DNA of 64,000 bases from Octopus sinensis (Eukaryota). The stretch is from the NCBI RefSeq assembly GCF_006345805.1, contig NC_043010.1, positions 47,244,001 to 47,308,000 of the forward strand, written 5' to 3'. This document shows positions 37,001 through 50,741 of the stretch, one piece after another (positions within the stretch are counted from its first letter, which is position 1; each line of letters opens with the position of its first letter). Under the pieces are notes generated by a model, which was not told the origin of the DNA, made no database searches, and saw only the letters and a list, made by a program, of their open reading frames with translations. The position numbers and the translations under genes are program-made.

Positions 37001-38158
37001 CATAATGATAGTAAACAAGCATCACAATCAAAAGAGCAATGTTATTCGTTCCCAGTTTTCCATGAAAAACATGCTGCCTGGCCCTGGGAAATACTATCTT
37101 GCTTGGAAACAGGTGGGGGGGGGGTTAGAGATAGGAAGAGTATCCAGGTGTAGAAAATTTGCCTCAACAAATTCCATATAATCATGCAAGCACATAAAAA
37201 TAGATGTTTAAATGAAGATGGCGAAGATTAGCCATCCTAACAGTACCAGGATCTAATTGAATTTTCATTCCGCATCCCACTGACTAATCAACATGCCTGC
37301 AATCTTATGTGACTCACACAGTGTCAGTATATTAAGGTGTATGTGTCATCATCACCTCTCCACCTCACTGCAAACTGTACAACTAGCAATGAATTTTTAC
37401 CCCAACAAACATATTCATGCGATCACTCTCACACTTTCTCCCCCCGCGCTCTCTCACTCTCTATCTGATGTTGTGAATTATATTAGGGATTAACAAACAT
37501 AGCTCCCTTTCAACTTTCATGAAAACATTGAGTCATGGCTGTGCCCTCCCCATACTTTTTATTCATGGGACAACATGGAAACTACACTCACTGTTATTAG
37601 AAGTAAATTCACGAAAGAGACAATCCTGAATTTTATAGCTTGATGCTGTATAAACTTGGGACAAAATACAAACAGCATTGAGAATTTCCTTTTGTTGAAA
37701 ATGTGTCAAAATTTATCAAGGCTCTTTAGGTAACATACCATGATACTAATGGTAAGGTTGACAATAATTTTAAGATGTTAGGTATTACTAGCTCAGGTGT
37801 AACTCAAGGTTTATTAACTCTCCTAAATTCTGTCATTTTATCAACAGCCTTCAAACACCCACCACGAATTTCCTGTATACTAGCACCATTCATATTTATT
37901 CCTTTTTTTTCTCATTGGAAACTAGACAACCAATCACCATGGGTGAACAGATTGATGTGAACTGTGCAGCACACCTTTAGTCAGTCCTTAACCTTGTAGA
38001 AAAATAGCAGCCAAATCTTCCTCAAATTACACCCTACCATCAAATAAGGATTCATAGAATTCTACAGTCCCTGGTTGCATATAAAAGATGAGATAATCAC
38101 AGCTGATATGCCTTTACATACATGAGTCCATTCAGTCAGATCTGATTTGGGTCTAAAC

Positions 38159-38409
38159 TATTGGTTCTCAACAATTTGTTGCCTGTAGGACCCTTTGATT
38201 CTTATTTTATTCTACTGGATCCCCATATCAACTTGAAGTTTTAAAAAATCTCATTATATTTTTATAATAAAATATGAAGAATTATGTAAAAAAAATTAAC
38301 ATATTTTGTGTATTGTAGAAGTATAACTGATTTATTGCACATAATTTTTAACAGCTTAATCTTATATGGACATCCCAAGGGTCATATGGACTTTGGTTGA
38401 GAACCACTA
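38159..38409. mobile_element. hAT (Charlie-like) MITE, 251 bp
   Basis: Termini tattggttctcaac / gttgagaaccacta (CAGTGGTTCTCAA type). Flanks gtctaaac and atctaacc form a degenerate 8-bp NTCTARAN duplication. Confidence 0.7.
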
Positions 38410-40642
38410 ATCTAACCAACAACAGAATTTGGACCTGGAGATCTCCATTTCCAGTGACTTCAAAGGCCACCTCCTAGTGGTGTCAGGCGTCAACAAAGAG
38501 CCCTGAACTACAACAAGACGACCAAAGTTTTTTTTCCCCAAGGTCTGGGATCTCCTGCCCCTAAGCCCTAGACCATCACCTAATAACCCTTACCCGTCTT
38601 GTTGCTTAACAACAATAACAACAGCAGAGAGACATGGCACTGAAATGGTAATGGTGTTGATGTTGGTGAAGGCAAAGATGACTTCAGCCATTTATCCACA
38701 TCTAGATTAGGTTATATAGTCTCTGCATTGAAGACTAAACAACCCAATCTCATTCGAAATCACCAACATGCAGATAAAATGTATTTCAAGAAAACAAACA
38801 CACCAAGTTACACTTTCACATTTTGGAGGAGTATGATGGCTTTATTTGTTGTTGTCTCTGTGGCTTTTCATGGTTGATCAAAACATAATTCACAAAGGAA
38901 GACTTGAAGTTAGATACTTAGACATGATTAAAAACTGAGGTCACAGGACAAATGACTTAAGTCAGAGACACTTGTAATATTTTCCCATCCATTATGTTCT
39001 GAGTACAATTCTTGTCTGGATTAGCTTTGCTGTTCATCTTTCTATGTACCAACGATATATTGAACTATAGAGAAATAAAAAAATGTTCTATGGCAAGCTG
39101 AATGAAATCAATATACAGAAGGATTAGGTTAGTAAGATGGTTGAGAAAACAGGGAAACTGAGAGGGTGAGGATATCTGGCAGAAGGGGCTGTGTCCATGA
39201 TCTTTGAAACCCTCTGAGACTGATGGAATTGACACAATGATAGATAGTTAAAAGCAAAGCCACTGAACTTTACTAATATTGATAATTAATCAGAGGACAG
39301 TTTTGTGAACTGAAATCACATCATCAGACCAGCATTCAAGTTATGATTGGCCTGTCTTTTTTTCCATTATATCATATTCAGGTCTATTTTATCCAGTATA
39401 TGAATCAAATTTTAAGATACAGTAGTAAAACATTCATAGATTTAGTTGGTAATTAAAATGAAGCTGAGTGACTGTGTAAAGACTCCTTCAAAGTTGGGGT
39501 GATGAAGAAGTCATTATACAGACTAATGTTATTGTTTAGACCCAAGTCACATCTGACTGAGAGGACATCATCATTTAACATCCGCTTTCCATGCTAGCAT
39601 GGGTTGGACGATTTGATTGAGGACTGGCGGACCAGATGGCAGAGTTTCTACAGCTAGATGCCCTTCCTATCGCACTCCAAGAGTGTAGTGGCCGCTTTTA
39701 CGTGTCACTGGCACGAGGGCCAGTCAGGTGGTGCTGGCAACGGCCATGCTCAAATGGTGTTTTTTATGTGCCACCTGCACAGGAGTCAGTCCAGCGGCAC
39801 TGGCAACGACCTCGCTCAAATGTTTTTTCACGTGCCACTAGCACAAGTGCCAGATAGGTGACGCTGGTAACAATCACGCCCGAATGATGCTTTTTACATG
39901 CCACCAGCACAGAACCAGGTTGTTGCTCTGGCAACGATCATGCTCGGATGGTGCTCTTAGCGCTCCACTAGCATGGATGCCAGTCATCAAATTTGGTAAA
40001 AGCATTCCAGCAGTGGTTATCTCATCTTTTATATGCAATCAAAATATTTTTAGAACTACATAATTAGTCCTTACCTGATGGTTGGGTGTAATTTGAGGGA
40101 GATTTGGCTGCTATTTCTACCAGGACTTATTTTTAAAGCCTAGTACTTATTCTATTGGTCTCTCTTTTGTCAAACTGCTAAGGTACAGAAATGTAAACAT
40201 ACCAGTACTGGTCGTCAAGCAGTGTTGGGGACAAACAGAGAGATACACACACACACGACAGGCTTCTTTCAATTTCCATCTACGAAATCTACTTGGAAGG
40301 CTTTGGCTAGCCTGAGACTATAATAGAAGACACTTGCTCAAGGTGCCACACAAGGGGACTGACTAAAGGTGTGCTACTCAGTTCACATCAATCTGTTTAC
40401 TCATGCTGATAATGCATGGGTGATGTGCAATAGAAGTTTTCCTCACACCTCTTTATTTTATGTCCTGGGTGGAGACATGATCGAATTACTTCATCTCGAA
40501 TCTTTATCGATCTATCTTTCTAGTGTTTATGTTTACATTGTCATAGCACCTTCACTAATACAGTGTTTAGTTCTCTCCCTTCCTCCCATCAGCATGCTTC
40601 ATCTATTCCTGTTAAAATATCCACACCAGCATAAGCCATTTA

Positions 40643-41059
40643 GGATCTTTTCGGTTTGAACGGCAGTTTTTAACATAATTTCTAGGTAACTAAAAAATTT
40701 TAAACTTCGTATACTGGTAGAATGTGTTTATAAAGCATCTTTTTCTCTTGGCTTTATTGAGAAAATTCTATAGTTTGTAAGATATTTGCTGTTTTTTTTC
40801 TTCAATTTCTGCAATTTCAACCAATCGATGACGTCCATTGAGTTAAAAAAACATTCTGTGCCGTATGAATATGTCCCTCGTTTAAGAAACAGATTGGGTC
40901 TATTTACATTTGTGAAGAAAAAAAGATACCCTTCCCCCCACCCCTAACCAACCCTAAAACAGATTGAAATGCAATAGATCGATACTAGGGTCATAATTAT
41001 GGGTGACAATTTCATATGACACCGCTAGAAAAAAACTGCCGTTCAAACCAAAAAGATCC
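40643..41059. mobile_element. MITE with 29-bp TIRs starting GG and an 8-bp target duplication (Merlin-like), 417 bp
   Basis: TIR GGATCTTTT(C/T)GGTTTGAACGGCAGTTTTT at both ends (one mismatch). Flanks gccattta (40635-40642) and gccatcta (41060-41067). Confidence 0.8.
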
Positions 41060-41720
41060 GCCATCTATATCTTTCCTCTTTCACCTCTTCCGATACCCTG
41101 CAAAATATACACCCAGCAACTTTCTCAATGACACACTTGCACTGAGGTTTATTAAAAGATTCTAAGTTCATACAGTTTTGTTTTGTTTTGTTTTTTTTTT
41201 TTTTGTTTCCTTCAATTAAATTCATGAGAAAAGCAGCAGAGCAGTGGAAGCAGCAGCAACAACAACAGAAACAATGACAGCAACATCTTCCACTACCTTC
41301 TCTAGAAATATCCAAGGGAGAGAAAAAGACAGAGAGGGCTGTATGTTGTTGCTTTTTTAATTTTATATTTTCGGTTTTTTTTTAGTTTTTTTTTTTTTTT
41401 TTTGCAAGAACACTGGTATTCAGATGAGAAACACAGAGGAAATGTCAGAAATTAAGGCAACATGTCATTACTAGTCATTTACTTCCTTATTGCTCTTAAC
41501 AAACAAAATAAATAAATAACTACAATATGACTGCAACCAGTTGATCTTCTTTAAGTACATCAACATTTGGACTAACACCAGAACTAATTAGCGAGGGAAA
41601 TTTTGTGTTGGAAAGTATACAGTTCAGAGTTTTAATAGCAATTAACTACTGGAATCACTAAATTTTGACAATGAAGCTACAAGCAATTTGGCCAACTAGT
41701 TTATTAGTAAATACTGCTAT

Positions 41721-41870
41721 TTAACCAGGCCCGGTTAGATTTACCGCATAACTGGGTTAGGTTTACCATATGACCAGGCTAAGTTTACTGCTTAACCATG
41801 CAAGGAATACAGTGTAGCCAGATTAAGTTAACCACTCAACCAGTCTAAAAAAACCTTGTAACCAACTTAG
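41721..41870. repeat. Degenerate ~22-bp minisatellite (about 7 units)
   Basis: Units resemble ccaggctaagtttaccgcttaa. Confidence 0.6.
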
Positions 41871-41894
41871 TCTTTCCAGACTATCTTTTACTGT

Positions 41895-42280
41895 TTATCT
41901 TTTACTTGTTTCAGTCATTAGACTGTGGCCATGCTGGGGCACCACCTTGGAGAATTTTTTAGTTGAATGAATCGACCGCAGGACTTAATTTTTAAGCCTG
42001 GTACTTATTCTACTGGTCTCTTTTGCCAAACCGCTAAGTTACAGGGATGTAAACACACCAATACCAGTTGTCAAGCAGTGGTAGGGGGAAAACACACACA
42101 CACGCGTATATATATACAACAAGCTTCTTTTAGTTTTCATCTATGAAATCTACTCACAAGGCTTTGGTCAGCCTGAGGCTATAATAGAAAACACTTGCCC
42201 AAGGTGCCACACAGTAGGACTGAACCTGGAACCATGCAGTTGAGAAGCAAGCTTCTTACCACACAACCATGCCTGCGCCT
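41895..42280 (-). mobile_element. Family B SINE, near full length
   Basis: Tail, body, CORE-like block and head all recognisable. Confidence 0.9.
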
Positions 42281-43349
42281 ACTATGTTTACCATTTAAGC
42301 CAATTAAAATTGTTATTTAAACATTAACCCTTTAACTGTGAAATTAAACTTCACAGTTATTCCACTAATGATGTTAAATATCTACCAAAATATAGAATTG
42401 GTATTTTCTGCAAGTCATGTTGCTTCAATAGACTTAACAAAAAATAATTTCAAACATGACATTCCTCAATAAAAGATAGTTTGGTATATAAAACTGCCTT
42501 CTGCAGCAAAGGGTAAAGTAATTTTGAGTGGATATATCTGATTTCTGCAGTAAAAGGGTTAAACTTTACTATTTAATGGAAGAAATAATCTTTTCTACTC
42601 TAGGCACAAGGCTTGAAATTTTTGGAGAGGGAGTTAGTCAATTAGATCAGTCTCAGTATGCAAGTGGTACTTAATTTATTGACCCCAAAAGGACGAAAGG
42701 CAAAGTTGACCTCGGCAGAATTTGAACTCAGAATGTAAAGACAGACGAAATACCGCTAAGCATTTCGCCCGGCGTGCTAACGCTTCTGCCAGCTCACCAC
42801 CTTTAACAAATATTTCATAGTGATCGGCTGGGAAGAAATAATGATATTGGGTATATATACAACATATATCAGATACTATAACAATGATAACTGAGTTCTT
42901 TTCCAAAACTATCAGGCTATCTGTCTTAGTCAGCCTACCCAAAGAATAGGTAATACTATTTCTTCTCAACTGAATAGTTTAAGTGCAAAAAATATTTACA
43001 TGGGAGAGGGGGGGGCCACTTTGTACAACAATTTGAGTGAATGTTTGAATTTGTAAAACCATACAACTGAAGAAAAGTAAGGAGAAATGAATATAAAAAA
43101 AAATGTCTGATATAAAACTGAGTTCCATGTTTTCAGTTATATTATTAATCAGTTATAAGAAAGAGAAAGAGGGAGGGAGGGAGGGAGAGATCCAATGGAA
43201 GAACAGGAGAGATAGAGAGAGAGTAACAGACCATCCATGTTGCCTTTATCTGTAACAAACACTGCTGCATTATTATCTTGCAGTGTATAGAGAATGTTAT
43301 CTTAAGGTAGACAACACGATAAGTCTTCCTATGGAATATCTTGTCTTAC

Positions 43350-43515
43350 CTTGAGCTTTGCAGCATCATTGCTAACTTGTAATAGTTCCCGTACAGAATC
43401 AATGAAACCTTGGTAGTGGTGGTTACACATTCGTTCAATTTCTTTGTCATGATTCTTGATGCGACTGTCAAGTCTTTCCATAAACTTATCCAAATCATCG
43501 CCATCATACACAGCT
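43350..43515 (-). CDS. EXOC6: EXOC6 coding exon (equivalent of exon 2): (R)AVYDGDDLDKFMERLDSRIKNHDKEIERMCNHHYQGFIDSVRELLQVSNDAAKLK
   Basis: Acceptor ttacag|A, donor AAG|gtaag. 166 nt (1 nt + 55 codons). Matches the Sec15 HDKEIEKMCNFHHQGF motif. Confidence 0.96.
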
Positions 43516-45261
43516 CTGTAATGATTAAAAAATAAATGTGTCAATATACAATTTTAATAAAGATTTTGTTTTAACGAGGTACAAGGCCAATTTTTTCAAG
43601 TAGCATGGTGTAATAAATTGCATCAAATTCAGTATATTACTGATACTTAATTTATCAAGCCTAGAGGGATGTGGAGGCATGTGGTTAGGGTGTTGGATTC
43701 ATGATATAAACACCAAGTTCTTACATAAAACTGATTAAAAACTTTAATACAAATTTTTTATAAACTGTAAAATGTTTTTTTTTCAATAGGTCTAGTAGGG
43801 TAGTGACAAAAAGCTTAAAGAATTTCCAAACTTAGAAGTAGTTAAAATCATCATCGTTTAACGTCCGCTTTCCATGCTAGCATGGGTTGGATGGTTTTGA
43901 CTGAGGGCTGGCGAACCAGATGGCTGCACCAGGCTCCAATCTTGACCTGGCAGAGTTTCTACAGCTGGATGCCCTTCCTAATGCCAACCACTCCGAGAGT
44001 GTAGTATGTGCTTTTATGGGCCACCGGCATGGGGGCCAGTCAGGCAGTTCTGACAACGACCTCGCTCGAATCTTTTTACACATGCCACCGGCAGAGGTAC
44101 CAGTAAGGCGATGCTGGTAACGATCAATGGTGCCTTTTGCATGCCACCGGCACGGAAGTCAGTTAGCCGCTCTCGCAACAATCACACTCGGATGGTGCTC
44201 TACTAGCATGGAGCTCAAAATAAATAAATATAAATTGATGTTAAAGACAATGTCAAAAATGAATTTCAAAAATTGTCAAAAATGAAAGAGTAAAAATATA
44301 AACAGTAACTTGTTAGTCCTATGCTGTTTCATTACCACTTAAAAAGCATGACATCGAAACAACAGTAGACTTTAAACTTTAGCTATAAATCATGACCAAT
44401 AGTTCTAACTCTTTAGTATTTACATAACTCAATGGAATGTAACATTTATTCACAAGGTTTTAAATTATTAGTGCATTATCTTGTAGCTTCAAAATGTTGA
44501 TGTGATTGTTTATTTTTAGAATGACATTGGAGGGTAGATGTGAAAGGTCACATCTGGCCAATCTGAACGTAAGACAGGTAGAATATTTGAATCAGATATA
44601 GCCAGTTTAAATGCTGAAGGGTTAAAAGTAACAGTAAGGGAGATATTTGTCTTAATCTTAATCAAGATAAGATTATAACATTATGAATGATTAAATCTGG
44701 TTCTCTCCTCTCAAAAATAATAATTTTTTTGTAATTCAAGCACAAAGCCTGAAATTTAGTGGATTGCTTGTTAGTTAATACTATCAACCCAAGTGCTTGA
44801 CTGGCACTAATTTTATCAACCCTGAAAAAATGAAAGGCAAAGTTGACCTTGGTAGCATTTGAACTCAGAATGTAAAGCTAGAAGAAATGCTGCTAAGCAG
44901 TTTGTTTGGTGCGCTAACAATTCTGCCATCTCACTAACTTAATGACAAAAACAACAACAACAATAACAATAATAATAATAATAATACTAAAAATTGTCGA
45001 GGATAAATTAAATTTATTATTGTTACTGAATATGTTAATGTTATTTAATTTCTGAACGGTTCTGCTGCTGTTTGTTCATGTATTTTGATTTCTTTAACTA
45101 TCAGTTTCTACTAAGATAGAGACACGAGTAAAATTAATAATAGAGAAATGAAAATAAAACTTTGGAAACAGCAATGCCACCATAACTTATGTGATTACTA
45201 TGAGCATATCTTTCAAGGGAGATAATCAGAGAAAGACTTGAAAGTCAACATAAAATCATAA

Positions 45262-45484
45262 TACTTCATGTAAAGTAAATATAACAAATAATCCAGAACC
45301 CTTGTCTGGTAACGGATCGATCCCAAAATCTAATCAGTTTGTGCCAGTCATAAGGCCAAACATTCCTGAAAGTTTCATCTGAATCCATCCAGTGGTTCTT
45401 GAGATATCTTGTCCATGGACAAACAAACGAAACAAACACGACTGAAAGCAACATCTCTGCCTTCGCTAAGGCAGAGGTAATAAT
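45262..45484 (-). mobile_element. Non-autonomous Helentron-type (HINE-like) element fragment
   Basis: Minus strand starts TTATTACCTCTGCC, has a perfect 9-bp stem-loop (45455-45476), a (GTTT)n tract, then GATGAAACTT..GATCGATCC. This layout is typical of Helentron-associated non-autonomous elements. Confidence 0.6.
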
Positions 45485-48400
45485 CTTTTCTACTACAGGT
45501 ACAAGACCAGCAATTTTGAGGTGGTGGTTGCGGGGACAAGTTGGTTACATCGACCCCAGTGGTCATCTGGTACTTGTTTTATCAACACCAAAAGTTGCTT
45601 TTACATGGCACTGGCACACATACTATTACATTGCACTGGCATGGGTGATGTTACATGGTATTAGTGCTGGTGCTTTTGCATGACACTGTTACAGGTGCTC
45701 TCATGTGGCATCAGCATGCATAAGCCTGCAAGACTAGGACCTCTCAGCTGAGAGAGGGATATAGAGAAAATGCCTGTATGCATGGAGAGCCATGATCTTA
45801 CTTAGCTTGGTGTGTCTTCTCAAGCACAGCAAACTCAGTCCCTTGTCATCTGTTGTGAAGCTCAACAAAAAAAGGCAGTATAAAAAATTGTGCATCTTTG
45901 AGGCAATATTGGGTGTATATTGATGAATGAATCCTTGTTGGTTGTGTGGTTAAGAAGCTTAATCTAAAGTCACCTGGTTTCAAATTTAGTTCCACTGTGT
46001 GGCATCTTAGGTAAGTGTCTTCTACTATACATCTGAGCAGACCAATGCTTTATGGGTGAATCTGGTAGATGGAAACTGTAAGGAAACCTGTCACATTATA
46101 TGTGTGTGTGTGTGTATTTGCGTTTGCCCCCCAACCCTACCTCTTGACAACCAGTGTTAGTTTGCTTACATCCCCATAACTTAGTAGCCCAACAATAGAA
46201 ACCAATAGAATAAGTACCAGACTTTAAAATAGGTGCTGGTGTTGATTTAATTGACTAAACCCTTCAAGGCAGTGCTCCAGAATGGTACACTGTTCAATGA
46301 CTGAAAAGATAATCCACTGGGCTAGAAAAGACATGTATTTAGCTGTGGTAATGTTGAAAACATGCAAGCAATATTCCAATATGACTTGTACAAAAGTCAT
46401 ACAGAGGTCTAGCTGAAGTATTTTCTAGTCCTCAAGAAATTTTAGCTCCAAAATGTTTTGATAAAGTTCTTACATAGTTTAGAGTTTCACTTTACAACTC
46501 TCACTGAAGTAAAGTTATTAGTTACAAACAGTATAATTATTTTATTCATATGGCAGATGTATGTCATGTGTATGTATGGGTTTTATATGAGAAATTATTA
46601 CAATTTAACAAACAAATTACGGACAACATTAAAAGCATGGTGACTGAAGTGTGTTAAGTATCTGAAACCCTTAACAGGCCATGAGATCAGACAGCAATAA
46701 AAGAATCGCTTGTTCTACATCTCTAGATGAAAATATGTCTGTATCACAGTTAAATCAAGTGTTCATAGGAGTGGTGAGTAACCAGCTGATAGAAAAAAAC
46801 TCCAGTTACAGTACATGAAAATGTGGTTTAGAGAACACATTTGTATGAAAAAATAAAAAAAGAGGTAAAAGAATATTTTAAAAAATTAAACAGTTTCTAC
46901 TACATAACAGTTTAATATAGTTTTGGTATCAAAATCATTAAGAAGGGAAAGCTTGGGTCAGCTTCTAAGAGTGTATCACAATTATATTTTTTTATTTAAG
47001 TTTCACTTGTGGACAGCATACTAGTTACTATTCTAAGTTAAACAACAGTACACTTGTGTTTTTTTTTTCTGTGTGCATGTGCGCACACGCAATTTTGGAT
47101 GGTGTTTTTTTAGATAAAAATAACATCACAGAAATATGAATTTGAAACTTGTAGACATATTAATTCATATTAATTATAATTACCTCTCTCCCTAATTTAA
47201 TGTATATGTGTGACCTACAACACTATTTGCACTTCCAGTTTAATATACCACTACTTCCATTTCCAGTGCTTATACATATAATTCTACCACCACTCCCATA
47301 CATTTGCCACATCCCCATAGCTAGCGCTTCTGCTATTTTGATCTTGCTATCATCTCCTCTACTGAGACAATAGCTGTAGGTGGTAGTTCAAGTTATAGTG
47401 ATGCTGGGTCTGATCCATGAAAATCTAAAGAAGATTATCTAATAAGCAGATAATTTAAAAATAATTTTGATGACAATAACTTAGATAAGATTATATATAA
47501 TTATAATATTCCAGTTCATGCTGTACTTGGTAATATAATACTTCTTCAAAATAATTAAGGGAGATTACACTTTGTGCATATCAAAACATTAGGAGAAATT
47601 CTGCATTAGAAATCTGCAAAAATATAGTATCTACTGAACACATTTTCCAGATCTCTGTCACAAAGACAATAACATATCCAGTAATGACTGCTAGGTATTT
47701 CGAAAAAGCTACTCAAATAATAACGACTGAACAAATCCAATTGCATTGTATTTAAAGTCAGAACAATCACTCTGAAGTAGTGCAGCTGCACTGTCACTTG
47801 AAATTGCCTACATTCAAAATTGATGGAATACCTGTATCATATTGCAACAAATGCTTGATGAAAAACAAAATTTTATCTAACATGCTACATTAATTTTGCT
47901 AGAAACAAACACCCAGTTAGCTACTCTTATGAACTTGTGTGGTACAGGTCTGATCCCCCCAAATTGACTAGTGATATGCAGCAGACAATGTAATGCTAGA
48001 AATGTGTGTGTGTGTACATATGCACCTTAAGGTGGTTAGAGTGTAAAGCTTCATATCTCAAGGGATTGAGCCGATGTATTTTAAGTCAAAAGTCAAAGGG
48101 GAAGACATGCATTTTCTCTTGTCCTGATCTAGAAAGGGGAAGACAGATTTTCTTGGGTTGCAATGTCTCTAGAAATCCCTTGAGTATTATAAAGGATTAA
48201 ATTTTTCAAGGAAATGAAGTAAAAAATAATTAAGATTTATCTAGCATATCCTACAATTCACTATTTCTAACAAGTACATTAAGCATCAGTAAATGCATAT
48301 TCTAGTGAAATGTAGGCACCCATTTATAACACTTATAAAAACAAATAAGAGTATACAATAATGATAATGTGTGTGTGTGTGTATTGCTATGGGGTGGTGG

Positions 48401-49939
48401 AATTGGTGTGTCAAACAAAAATATATTATAGTATTTAGTTCCATCCCTTCACACACAAGCCAGCCTTGCCTTTCACCATATGAGGTAGTGCACCAGCATG
48501 GCAAATGTGCAATGGCTGAAACCAGTAAAGGAATATGATAAAAATCAATGCAAAGTCAAGAATGCAAGTATATTATTCCATGGCAGATAAAAAAAAACCC
48601 CAAAAAAACCCCAACATTCTCTCCACAACAGTTGTGGATGGACTTCTAAGTCAAATAAGATTACGCAAATGGATAGTGTCATTGCTTTCATCAGATTAAT
48701 CAGTAACCGTACAGTTTAAGTACCTTGACAAGTTTAAGTACCTTACAAATTCGCAATATTTGTAATAAAAGACAACCTAACACCTGAGATAGCTAAATGA
48801 ATAGCAAAGTAATACTTAATTTTCTTCTCAATACACACGTCATGAAATAGATTTAGAAGCATCTGTGTTCTCATCTTTGCAAAGGCTGCACAGGTATTGG
48901 TTTATTTATAAAAGACGCCAGCCTCTTTGCTTACAGCTTTAAAACTTTTGCAACTCTTCATTTCTTTCATCATGAAATTCATATAAACATGCCTGAAGTT
49001 TAAACAAACCAGCTTTTCCTTTGTAGATAGAAGAGTTTTTCTTTTTATAATTCTTCTTTTTAACCCCCACACTATTTTTATTAACAAATATTCTGTTGTT
49101 TATTCAGTGGATTGATGTTTAAGTGTTGTTGAAATAATGAAATGAATTTTAAAGGAGTGGGAGGGGAAGAGAGTGAGATAGCTTAAATGTTCATCATGTA
49201 AATAATTGAAAATACTTGTATTTCCATATAGTGAAAATATAGTCTGAAGAATGCACCATCAAGAAATCCAGTATAGCTAGTGGTTTAGCTTCGCTAAATA
49301 TTTGTGGTTATATAGGCATATATATATTCATATGTACATGTATGTGTGTACACACACACAGAAATTTTGCTTAACTTAAAAAAATTTTGAGCTAATTTTC
49401 TAGCAATACTTCAGTTGGCACACTCACATTTGCTCCATAGGCTTTATTTACATTGAAAAACTATTTTAGAACAGGTCTTAGATATTTCTATATAGAATTT
49501 ACACATTTGCTTTAATGTCTTATGTAATTTTATATAATACATCTATCATCATACCAACATTATCGGATGATTGATTTTTCATATCTATATATATTTATAC
49601 AATCTGATCAGGTAGCATACATGGTCCTTATCACATAAAAGTTAAATGGACTCAAACAGATTCATATCACATAGTCCATTTCTCAGATATACACAGAGAA
49701 AAAAAAATCTTGGACTTTATTGAGTTTTCATCACACAACAAGATACAGATTGAAAACAAAATGTATGCATATAAAATATTGCACAATCATGGCCATGTGG
49801 CTAAGAAGTTTACCATCCAACCATATCATTTCAAATTCAATCCAACTGCTAGTACTATGGTAGATGTACATGTGTCTCTCTCTCCTCCCTCCCTCTCTCT
49901 CTCTCTGGTCAACTGTCAACTCATAGACGAATATGACCA

Positions 49940-50270
49940 TCAACTGACAAAGCAATGCCTGTGCAAAATTTTAGGTCCAATAAAGCTTGCACAACACCTC
50001 ATAGTCCTTCTCCACCCTATTGACAGTCTACAGACAACCCTAAGCAAGATATCTAGTGTTAGTATGGGTTGCAGCTTAAAAATGTGGGAGCACCATGATT
50101 CCATGATCTCAAGTGAAAGCAAGAGATACCCATAAATGCCATTCCTTGCATATCCAGTTTTATATCAGAGTGACCTTCTCAAAGGAGTACCTCATGTCCA
50201 GTGGTTTCCCAGTATGTTGGATATCCGCTTGGAATTTCTAAGTGCCCATCCATCCATACATAAAGCTGAA
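49940..50270 (-). mobile_element. Possible degraded LINE 3' fragment
   Basis: Weak resemblance to LAGHC.RH..LLWEP..GR motifs; not resolvable by eye. Confidence 0.3.
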
Positions 50271-50741
50271 GATCAATGAAAAAGAGAATACTTATGCTGA
50301 ACTATAGAGAAATCTGTAGTTACTCTATCCAGATTACAAGTTCATGTTTATACCTGTAATTATTGGGGCCCTTGGATATGTAACACACTGCCTAAATACC
50401 AATCTTAAGAAATTAGGCTTCTCAAAACCAGAAAGGAGAAAGCTAATTTGAAGACTACAGATCCAATCCATCACTGGAACTGTAAAAATCTGCAAAACTT
50501 TTCAGAAGTTTATCATTTAAATATATAGGAACATGTCTAGATATGCAACTATATGCATGAGAATACACACACAAAGCAAAACATACAAATCTGCATGCAT
50601 GCATGTAAGCACACACACACACACACACAAACATATATATATAGTAAAGCCATATGGCTTAGTGATTAGTGTTAGTCATGATTGCATGATTGTGGTTTCA
50701 GTTCTCAGACCAGATAATGCATTATGATCTTGAGCCAACTA

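Larger units (their letters stand above)
429..43515 (-). other. EXOC6: EXOC6/Sec15 gene, partial: span of the seven reconstructed coding exons (continues beyond the window start; first exon uncertain)
   Basis: The seven exons join in frame through GT-AG introns (844 nt). The translation follows the N-terminal third of EXOC6/Sec15 colinearly: AVYDG..HDKEIERMCN..YQGF / QKNIASAIESLSLCLPVLEMYGKLKEQM / YYPALKTLEQLE..SMSDLKDFLENIRKHS / QDLIDFSPVYRCLHIYSVLG / FETYYRKQRRKQARL. Confidence 0.96.

Noticed and set aside
47220-47430. Unique, purine-skewed segment after a plausible minus-strand acceptor (atcttctttag|)
   Set aside because: All three frames stop within 22 codons and I could not recognise any homology. 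It could be UTR, but this is unsupported.
48934-48992. Exon-like segment (ttcag|GCATG..AAAGCT|gtaagc)
   Set aside because: Short, with no recognisable protein similarity, and it does not supply the missing Sec15 N-terminus.
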